DNA of 64,000 nucleotides from an uncultured virus (IMG/VR IMGVR_UViG_3300028734_000015) (lineage: Duplodnaviria; Heunggongvirae; Uroviricota; Caudoviricetes): the IMG/VR virus record IMGVR_UViG_3300028734_000015; one strand, written 5' to 3'. Numbering within the stretch: position 1 is the first letter of the stretch; each line of letters starts with the position of its first letter. Made by a program: the position numbers and the translations under genes. This document shows, one piece after another, positions 49,067-61,000 of this stretch. The notes under the pieces were generated by a model that worked only from the letters and a program-made list of their open reading frames with translations, ran no database searches and had not been told where the DNA came from.

Positions 49067-52000
49067 ATGAATATAACTAAAGAAGATATTAGAAAAGCCC
49101 TAGGTAGTGGTAGTTTGAAATGGTCTGATATTGCAAGTATGCCATCCAGAGACAATAAATCTTATGGAGAACAGGATGCTGACAAAAGAAGTGAAATAGA
49201 AAGACAAAAGACCGAAACCGCAGTAGCCCCTTCAAAAGTTGCTGTTAGTGCTCCAGCAAAACCTACTCAGTCTATAGTAAATACTCCAGACAAATTTGAT
49301 CCAGTAGCAAACTCTACAAGTTCTGAGATAAAGGGTCCTCTTCCACAAGAATCACAATCTGCTGTATCAAAAAGTACTGATCTAATACAGAATCAGTATC
49401 CGGCTGATAGATATAATACTCGTAACTTAGCTGGTCAGTCTTTTAAACAATTTGCATCTAGTTTGTATGACAATCAATTATTCAAAATAAATGATAACAT
49501 TCAAAACAATATAAAACCATTTGTTGATTTATCAAATACATTAAAAGATAATGCAAATAATCCTGATTTATATGAGTTATTAAATACTTATCAGAATAAA
49601 AGAACTCAATCCGTACTTTTTGATCCAGTGAAAACCGATGTTAACGATCCAACTTCATTAAGACAACTTGATAATTGGGAAGTACCACAGCATCTAACTG
49701 AATTAAATACTAAAGTTGGTCCACAATTAGAAAAATGGTCTAATATTGATGAGAACTCAGATAAAGGATTACCAAAATTGTCAGAGGTAATGGCAGGCAA
49801 GAATATTAATAATACTTCTGCTGGAAATAATTGGTATAAAACATCTATAGATAATCTAAATAAAGAATATTCAGACAGTACAGATAACGTAGCTATTACT
49901 CAGCAGTCAAAAAATCTAACCATTGCTAATGATGAGGATAAGCCAGATGACATATCTACTGTAAATGAAAATACTCCTCCTATAACAGCGGCCAACATTA
50001 GTGTTGATAAGTTGTCTCATGACTCTTTAAATTCTTCTGGAGTTAAACCAGTTAATGATTACTTAATTAAAAACAAGTCTTCAGTTGCTGCCTCTATTGC
50101 TAATGCATCTACTCCTGATGCTATTAGTGGTTCGGGTAATCAAAATCAAAAACCAAGTCCTTATGATATAGTTAGTAATTCTAATATATCTATGCCATTC
50201 AATTCGAATAAAATATATAATTCCAATATTGGAGATGATACTTTATTTGGATCTATAAGAAAATCATCAGACGTTGTATCTAATTATATAAATAAAGGTG
50301 CTAGTGACCAATTAAAAGTTGGTTATGGAGTTCAAAAACCAGAAGGAGTAAAATTTGGTTCTATGTGGTTGGCTCCAGAAGCCAAATTAGGAGCCGAAGG
50401 GAAGACTGGAAAGTTAGAGAAGCAAGACTATCCAATTTCTGATTGGGTCAGTCAGAACGTCTCTGAGGGATTAGGACAGGCATTAAGAGGTATTGCTATA
50501 GGCACTGAGACAATACCAGATAAATTTGTTGCAACTATATCTGATATATCCAGGATTAGAATGACATCCGCTGCCGCAAATGCTAGAGTAGGATTATTAA
50601 CCGATCCAGAAGGAAATGCAATTCCAACGTTCCTGGGAGATAAAGAGAATAAGACCCTATCTGATATATATTCAGAAGGTGCTAAACAGAGCAAGGCTAG
50701 TACAGTAGAGCATCTTACTAATGTTTCTAAAGCAGAAAGTCAACTTCCTGATACATGGCAAGCTAAAGCAGGAGGAATTGTTCCCCTAGCCGCAGTTACG
50801 ATTGGAGGTATATTATCTGGCCAACCAGAAGTAGTTGGGGCTGGAGTAACTGCGTCTTTCGTTGGTACTGGATATGCAGATGCATTAAATCTTGCAAACA
50901 ATTATGAAAAAGAGACAGGGAAACCAATTAGCGATGATACGAAGAGCGCATTAGGAATAGGTACTGCCTTAATATATTCATTGCCTCTTGGAAAATTATC
51001 AAGTGGGTTAGGTGGTATAATAAAGAAGACTCCACTAAAAGCAGTTCAAGAGTCTGTATTTAATTTTATTTCAAAAAACCCAGAAGTAGTTTCTGAGGCT
51101 GGAAAAGGAGTATTTAAAACATTCGCAGATCAAATGCCTGGTGCGATAAAGTCATTTGCAACAACTGCTGGGAAAGGTGCTCTTCATAGTGTTGCTACAA
51201 TGGAAGGGATTGGAGTTGCTCAAAATTTATTAAATGAGGCAATTATAGGCAAACATACAGATGCTGAAGGATGGATGGATACATTTAGATCTGGTTTAGA
51301 AACTGGATTAATGTTCTCTCTTGCAACAGTACCATTTGCTCATGCATCATATGCCGCTAGATCCGCAATGTTTAAAAGAGCTACTGATTCCAATGGAGAC
51401 GTATCTTTATCTGTTACGAATGATGGTAGGGCTGTTTACGTTCATCCAAAAACTGGAGAAGACAAAACATTCGGTACTACTGTAGATGGGAAAAGAGTAG
51501 AATTAAATGATGATGAAATCAAGAGAACGTTTACAATGACTTCTCAACATTTAAAAGACGAATTAGATTCATATAAGAAAACAAAAACTGTTAATCCAGA
51601 TATAGAAAAAAATGCTTTAGAAAATAGAGTAAGGACTGCTCTTAGCGGCCTTTCTGTTGATGGTATGATTCCTATTGTACGATCCCCTGAAAAAGGGATG
51701 CAGATAGTAACTGGAGAATCAGCCAATGGAAGTGCTTTGGGTGTAAACCTTAGTGGAGAGAAGGACTATATATCAAAAGAAGCCATTCCCGAAAATGCAA
51801 AATTTAATGACGTATATAATGAGTTAATGGCTCAGTACGATAAAAATAAAACTACTACAGAGCAAAATAAACCTACAAGTGACACTGCAGTACCTCCAAC
51901 TCAAATAAGTCCATCAGAGACGCTTACATCGTCTTTTTCGAGTACTATAGAGAGCGAACCATCTGCTCCCATTGCTGTTTCTGGAATAAGTAATGATTCT

Positions 52001-55000
52001 AGATATCAACCAGACGCATTACATAATAATGCCATGATTCATTTGTCTGATGGCATGTCAAGTGATATGACAAATAGTGTAATAAACGCTGGAGTACTTC
52101 GTGATATGCAAATGCACGATAGGATTAAAAAAACTAGCTCATATATAGATGCCTCTAATAATGGAAAGGAAAATGCTACTCTTAAATACCTAGAAAAACT
52201 AGCAAAAAATCCTCCAGTAGGTATAGATCCAGAAGATATTAATAATGAATTAAAGTTAGCAAAAAATACATTATCCGTATATAAGGACAAGAGTGTGATG
52301 GGTTATGCAAATAGGGCCGGCGGAGTTGGTTCTGAGAATCATAAACTTCTTACTTCTCTTATTATTGACCATGATAATTCTGCTAAACAATTTGACGATG
52401 TAAAAAATGAATTACTAACATCTTATAATAAGCAGAAAAATGATTATGCTCCTATATCTGAAATGGCAGATCGTTATGCTGACTATGTAAAACCAGATGT
52501 TGTCCCACTTGTATCCCCAGTAGCTCTATTTGATGCATTATCTAATTTTGAATCACTTAAGGATATAAACATACAGAATGATTCTAAAAATGAACATGCA
52601 GTTAGAAAGAACAAAATAATAAATTACGAATTATCTAAGAAGAAACAAGAGGCCGCTATTCTTGCTCATAATGAGTTAGCAAACTATGGTATAATAGACA
52701 GATCAGAAAAAGATAATGTTTCATTTGATGAATTGTCCAAGCAAATTGATTCTTTGAATCTGCCTAGTATGGATAAAAATGCTATTCAAACATTAGCACT
52801 TTCTCACATATCTGATATATCTGGCAAATACGAAAGTACAATGTCCAAGTTGCTTACCAATAAGAAAGTTGGATATACTGGATCAAAAACGATGGATTCA
52901 AAACATCATGATATATTCGTTGATAAACTTTTAGATTCGTATAGGGATAGTAGAAAAAAGGAAATAGACTCTGAAAATACAAAGCAAATAGTAGATGACA
53001 TTAAATTAGAAGGGAATGTCGTTCCCGAGCCAACTGGAGAATACCATAGTAGTTCTGATATAATAACTCCATCTATTGATAATATAAAACCACAAGATAC
53101 TTTCACCCAAGAAGTTCCTCCAGTGAGTCCTTATGAAGAGTCTCAGATTCCTAAACCTGTTACTGAAGTTACTCCTCCAGTTAATACTGAAAGTCCTACT
53201 GGGCCAGAAAAAGTTACTCCTCCTATCCAGGCTGATACTATTGCAAGTGAGGTTAAGGATGAAAAAGGATCTGTTGTAAGCACTGATATTAGTAGTGATG
53301 ATGAATCTGTAGTGGATGAAGTTTCAGATATAGACAGACTTATAAACCAATTAAATCAGGATTCTATTATTGTCGATCAAAAACCAGATCTACCAGATAC
53401 TATAAATGAGACTTATGATAATAAAGAAGTTTTAAATGCGGTAGAAAGTTCTGTAGAGTTTAAAAGTATACTTGACAATGAAGACACAGAGGCCTTCAAT
53501 CAGTTAGTTGAAGAATTACCTGGATTGGTCTCAAGTAATTCTATTAAACATGATAGAATAAGCCACACATTATTCGCTAATGTAGAGATTCCTTCAATAA
53601 GAGAGTTTCTAATGGATCCTGTTGCATTTAAATCTGCAGAAGTTAGGATAATAGTAAATAAGCACAATTCCGGAATAGGAGACACGTATTCATTTAAATC
53701 CGGTGGTTTATCTATTACTGGTAATGACTTCGTTGGTCCAAATAATTATGATCCGAATGATCAACTTACTTGGGATAATGCCTATATTAAAGTAGAAATA
53801 AAATACAAAAAAGGGAAAGAAGTTAGAACAATTGCCTTTAACATGAAGAACCCAGGGGAAAGGGAGCAAGTTGTTGAAAAAAATGGTATGTTAAAGTACT
53901 CTTCTGATGAAATTCAATCACTTAGAGATTTTAGGAATTCTATAATTACTGAGCAATTAAAGGTTATAGCAGATAATTCATTACAATTAAGGATGCTTGG
54001 CGGTTTAGATAGAGGTATATCTAAATTAGCATTAAATAGGACTTCTGAAGGAAAGGCTATTCAGAGAGGATTGCATGAAGTTGTTGGACTACTAGATGAG
54101 CCAGATGTAAATAAGTTAGGGCTTACCAATTTAACATTAGCTTATGGACGTGGTGAAAAAGGTAGTAATCTGGTTGTTTCATTATTTGAAACTATCGGAA
54201 CTAGTGTAAATGAAAATGCTGGATCTATATTTATTACCAAAACAGAGCCATTTGATGCAAATTCTGAAAGAAAAATAAAAGTAAACAAAAAGAAAGTAAA
54301 CACTGATCCCGAAATGGCTGATTTAGTATATAAATTAGCAATAGACATGTTTGGCAGCAACGCTAGACAAATAACACTATCTCCATCTGGTAAAGTAATA
54401 GAAACAAATACTACGTCTCCTTATGGTTTAACTCCAGCATCGCTATTATATAGGATGGTTGGATTTGGAGATGTGACTAAAATGAGTAGTGATTCTACTA
54501 AATCCTTTTTAGAAGATAAACAATTTTATGTTGATAATGGAATATTACACTATGGTACAGAAAAGATTGCGGTAAACACTATTGGCGCAAAACAGAAACT
54601 AGAGATATTGGAGTTTATAAATAATAATTTAACCTGGACTATAAATAAAGATGATTTATGGAACAGGGAAAATAATACGGATAATCTAGTATCAGACATA
54701 TTCCCAGGTATTAAAGCATTTTTCGATAGAAATCCTAATGAAAATTCTGTTGATTTTACAAAACAATTCTCTATAAATAGGAGTGATGTTGGAATAACAT
54801 GGACTGCATGGTTGATTAAGAATAAAAAATTAACTTCGGATATTGCAGATGGAGTATTTGAACCTCCATATTTGTTTATGACTAATGTAGTTGCAGTATC
54901 TAATGGCGCTGAAAAAATAACACCAGTCAATAATGGTGCATATAATACTTCTGTTACTCTGGTAGACAAACCAATAATGGATCCCACTATATTAGGGAAG

Positions 55001-58000
55001 GAACCTTCTGTTGTGGTAGATAATACTAAATCTGCAAAACAATTAGAGATAGATGCTGCAAAAATTAATTATGAAAATAGATTAAAGTCTAGTCATGGTG
55101 GTCAAGGCCCTAAGTTGCTATATGAAAATGCACTTAGAGAAATAGATCTAAAATACAGCAACCCCGAGAAACCAGTGTTGCCAAATGATATAGTTTTACC
55201 AAAAATAATTACTACTCCTAGCGCTAAGTCGCTAGACGAATTTGATGATTTTGGTGCAACGAGAATGATTGATGACTCTAAACAAGTAGTTGATTTTATA
55301 GACACTGAAAAATCAATTAAGTTCATTAAAAGTAAACTCGGTGATGATTTTGACGTAAAAGTACTTGAAGATGTTATTTCTTTACATAATGGAGAATCTG
55401 CAATGGGATTATCATCTGATGGTAAAATAGACCTGTACAAACTAGCAGAAAAGGGTACTGACTTCCATGAGACGTATCACGTAGCTTCATTGTTATTAAT
55501 ACCAAGATCTAGAAGAATGGCTATTTATGATAGTGTAAGAACTTCTAATGAGTCTATGAAGTATGCCACTGATAAGGAAATAGAAGAGTATTTAGCAGAA
55601 AAATTTAGAGAGAGAATCCTATCAAATAATGTAGATTCTGAAAATGGTACTACTGTAAATATAGCATTTAGAAAGATTTATAATGCATTTAATGCGTTAC
55701 GTAATTTCAAAGATAGAGATATTGAAAGATTATACAAAGATATAGAACGTGGAGTATTAAAAGGCGTCAAACCTAGTTACTATAATAAAGAGGCATTTAC
55801 ATCTAAATATGAAGATAACGCTGGAGCTCCACGTAGATTTAAAGAAGCAGGGCTTCAGTCTATTAAGACGGTAGAAGCCAAGGATAAACTAGTTAACAGT
55901 TTAACTTACTATTTATTTGAAATAAGCGGAATACAAACTATTGATGATATAAATAAGCTAGACTATCAAGGATTAAAATCCAGTCTATTAGCTTCTGCAG
56001 AAAAGATAAAAGATAATCCTGATGAAATTGCAAGATATTCTTTATATAAAGAAGCATACGATAGATTTGACGATTACTTTTTACCCGCCATAAAGGCAGA
56101 AGTAAAAAATACTGGCATAACTGAATTTACTCCAAAAGACGATAGTGTTGAAGATGGTATAGTTGGGAGAGAAGTTCAAGAACACGATAAAGCTTCTTAT
56201 GAGATATCAAAAAGAGATAATATAAGGGCCGAAGTGAAGTTCTTTATTAGGACTATCCCTGAGACTATAATTAAAGATAATAGTGCAGTGGTCGTTAGGG
56301 ACCCAATATCTAAATTCCCATCATTTGTTGAATTTGAATTAGCATGGAATACCATGATTTATGAACTCCATAAAGAAACTACTCCAGATTCAATGAAAAA
56401 GAAAATTGAAACTCTTGCTCATGAAAAGAAAAATCCATTCTTTATAATGTTAGAGAATAGACTTTCTAAAATGGATGATAACTTTATTACTAAGTTCTGG
56501 AATACAATGTATAGTCATAGGCATGATTACGTTAATACTGTATATAATTCAAATAGCGCTAAGCCTGATAGCGAGTATAATAGATCAATAAGGAATATAT
56601 CAAGTAACATAGATAGGGCTACTAGAGTACTGCCTATCTTATGGGGTCAGAATATGATGTCTGGTGGATATCTTTATACTGTTACGGATGATGGTCTTGT
56701 ATTTAACAAAAGCAATGCTGAGTCTATAATATCTAGATACAAGGAATTATCAAAGTCAATCACAAAGATGTCGTCAACAGAAGATGCTAATAAAGCACTT
56801 GACTCATTTATAGATTTACTTAATGCTGCGTCTATAGATGTAGACATGGATACAATGGAGTGGATCATTGGTAATAATTTCCCTGGATTTACAAGATCTA
56901 GAGCAGTTTCTATATTAATGAACGACTATAAAGATACTGCCAAAATATTTACTACTATTTTGCCTCAAATTATAAAAGACAATGGAGGTAAAAACAGAGT
57001 AAAAATAAACGAATTAACTCCTAAGGTTCTACTTGGTGGAGAAAAATCTATAAATAATTACGCTAAAGTATATGCACAAACACATCCAAATCCACAAGAA
57101 GTTATGGTCCCTGGGGCAGATGGATCTAATCTGTATCAAATATCTTCTAGAAATTTCGTTACTGATGTTATTGATAAAATATCTAATAATCCAGAATATC
57201 TAAAAAATATGTTAGATGTGCCTATTAATCAGGGGTCTATACTATTAAATCAGATTAAAAATGGAACTTCGAAAGGAATTTCATTCGGTACATTTGTTAA
57301 AATATATGAAGAAGGTGTTGCCGACCAAGGTAGGGATTATTTTGACATAAGTCCAATGGAGGATTATGTCATAAAGATGTCTAACTTATTAGATAGCAAT
57401 ATAACACTTCCGGCGATGGCAGATAAAAAGACATATGGCTTTATATTTGGTATTAAAATGCCTGATATGGTATCTTCAGATAAGGGGTCTCAAAAGATGT
57501 CTTGGAATGGAAATACCATATCATATCCTAGTGAAGTAATAGATATATTTAATGGGTATTATTTATCTGAGTTTAATTCTATAAAGCAAGCTTGGGCAAA
57601 ATATAAAGAGGAAAATGGAAATAAAAAAAATCTAATAAATAATTATCATTATGATAATAGTGGTAAATGGGCTGCTGGACATGGAAACGGACTAAGATTT
57701 AGATATTTTGATAGTTTGTATATAAATTCTAAAGCGGTTGGTGATGAGTATAATGGATTTGTGGACCTAAATGGCTACATAGATAAAGTAATAGTTACTA
57801 GAGGTCCGATCATTGGTAATGATGCAGCTATGGATGAAGCGATACAGAGACTCGATAAGAAGTTCTTTTCTGAATCTTATGAGAATAAGTCTAAAATGAT
57901 TAGTTCTACTATTACAGCTGCAACCAAATTTGAGATGGACTATGCAGAAGAAATAGGACTTATATCTAGGACTACCTCTGAATATACCGCTACAATGGCA

Positions 58001-61000
58001 CGAGAAGGAGTTAATGTTGGTGATATAGTTAAAAGTACTATGTACGAGAATAAAGCGCTTGACGCCGCATTATATAATAGTAATGTTGCTGACTATATAA
58101 AGGCTGGCGTTGCTCCAAAAGATGCTAATATGGTTGCTATAACAAACATATTAGCAAACACTGCTATAAACTCTATAATATCAGAATTTGAAACAGATAA
58201 ATTAATATCAAAGGACTTAGCCTATTATAAGGGTTCAGATGATAAAACAAAAAGACTTTCTAGTGTTTTGTCTACTGGCACCGCTTTGAGAAATAGTTTT
58301 CCAGAAGGGCATCCATTAAATGGTATTACTTCATTCAATGTCGCTGAAATATCTGATAGCATAATAAAAAGTACTGAAATAGATGAAATTAAGAATAAGT
58401 CATATGCCGCTCAGATAAATAAATTATTAATCCAGTCTGGTAAATCTAGAATCCCAAATTTAAGCGAACTATATTCTAATCCAGGAATGAAATCAGAATT
58501 AGATGCAGTTAGGTCTTCAAACAAAGCCATATTTGATATAGGAGAAAAAATAATAGATAACCAATCTAAAGCTTATGAAAAAGTAAATGTAACTGATGCT
58601 ACAGTATATATATCACCATATATGTACCGATCTATTATGACTAGGCTTGGAGAAGATTACTTTACTCCTAAAGTTGAAGAAGCATTTAAGTTATTAGAGT
58701 CTGACGACTTGTCTTGGATGGATGATGCGGATACATATGAAAAGGTATCTCAATTGGCCTTACACCCATTAAAGATGGTTTATTTTGGCGATTCGTTTGA
58801 GAGCGGTTTAAATGTTCCTAAACTGGATAAGATGGCTATGTTCCTTTTGCCTAAGTTTATGGCCACTGGTGATCTAAGGAATCTATACGAAAGAATGAAT
58901 AATCCTAAAATAGGTCAGCAGAAGATCGATATGGCTCCATTTAGTAGCGCTGTTAAGACTTATAATGACAATCCCATTGCAATATATACTGGAGAAGATG
59001 GGTCTGTTATGTCGACTCTAGATGATATTAAGGTGGCACAGCAATCATTTGAATTCTTGAGACATCAATTGCCAACTACCCCCCACGAAGGAGCAACCAT
59101 GGCCGTGGCTACTCAAGTTCAAAAAGCCGCTATGGGAAATATAATTTCTGATGTAGTATACCCAAATATAACTATAAATGGAAAGAATGATGTAACTGGA
59201 ACTCAATTAAAACAAGAATGGGTTTCTGCTTTAAATGAATTATCAGACAGAGGGAAAGCTGATATAGAGAAGGAGTTTGGGTTAAAATTTGGTGAAGATG
59301 GGAATTATGAATTTAATACAAAGAAAATGTATGACTTCCTGGCTATTGAATCTGAGAATTCTGGTATGCCAAGTGATGTTACAGAAATGTTAGCATCATT
59401 TGATCCTGCTAATCCAAAAGACATGCCATTACAGGCATTAGTAGATGGAGCCTTTGTAGAGTCTAAAATACTTTCACATATACTTAAAAGTACTGTAGAT
59501 GTGAATACTCCAGGAGGCATGTTTATTCAAATGACTCCATTTGGATTAAAATCATTTGATAACACTAACACCCAATACAAAATAAATGGTGGTAATAAAC
59601 TAAAGTTTTATAATCCTGATGGTAGTATGGATGTAGTGATATCTATTACTATGTTTAAAGATATACTTCCATCTGATCTAAATACCCATAATGCAAAAAT
59701 ACAATGGTTGCTGGATAATAATATTATAGGAGAGAATTCTGCCACTTGTGCTATTGGCTATCGTATTCCAACTCAGGGCTTATCATCTATAATTTCAGCA
59801 AAGTTTGTTGATTGTTTACCTGAATTTATGGGAGATACAATAATAATGCCTGACGAATTTACTGCCCTTACTGGTAGTGACTTTGACGTTGATAAATTGT
59901 ATATATCAAGATATAATTTTGTTAAGTCCGGTGATAAGTTTATCAAGGCCCAAATGGACGACTCAAAAGAAAATAAATTTCAAACAAACTCTGCAAAAGC
60001 AATACAAAATAGATTTATTGATGTAATGTTAGCTGTAGTGTCTAATCCAGACAGTATAAATGAGACTAGAATACCTCTAGATGCCGTTACAGATCCAGTT
60101 AAATCTGCATTAAAAGAAATAGACAAGTGCAATAAAGATGATATGATTAATATCCCATTTGCAAAATCTAGACTATCTTATGAAAGTAGGAAGAAGATGG
60201 AGTATGCTAGTGGCAAAGGTGGTATACCTACATTTGCATTGGCTGGAGTACATCATGTATTAACTCAGATTGCAGGACTTAAATTCAAAGACAATAATGT
60301 AGTAAGTAAATTTGGCTTAGAAGATATTGCTAAGATTAATGGTAGTGATGGATTAAGAATTCTTGATTGGTTGTCTGCGATGGTAAATGCGCATGTAGAT
60401 GTTGCAAAAGATCCATATATCATTAGAATGGGAGTTAATCAAGGGACATATAAGATGACCGCATTATTACTTAGGGCTGGTTACGGAGAAAAGACATTCT
60501 TCTTTTTGAGTCAACCATCACTTAAAGATATATATAAAGTTTTGGCTAGAAAGGGCAGCGAATATCTTACTGGAAATAGAAATTCTGATAAGTCTTCTAT
60601 AGATAAAGAGGTTAATAACATGATCGCTTTTTATAAAAAGAAGGCAAAAGAAACTGCTAAAAGTTCATTTGATCAAAAGAAATTAGAAAATCTATACGAA
60701 GAAAATGATAAAGGATTTGTAAAAATACATAATGAAAATGCATTTAACAAGAACACCCTTATAAATAATATGGCAAGAACTAATGTTACTGGCTTCGATC
60801 ATTATTATGGACAATTAGTAGTACTTGAAACATACAAAGAATTAAGTAAATATGCTAGTGCATTGTCTGAATTAGTAAAATATTCTCAAGTCGATACAAA
60901 AAAGGCTGGTAATGCCTTCTCAGCACAAAGACTATTTGCCGATAAGGTAAATGAGATAATGATGGATCCAAATAGTTTGTTCGCAAATGTTGGAGATTTC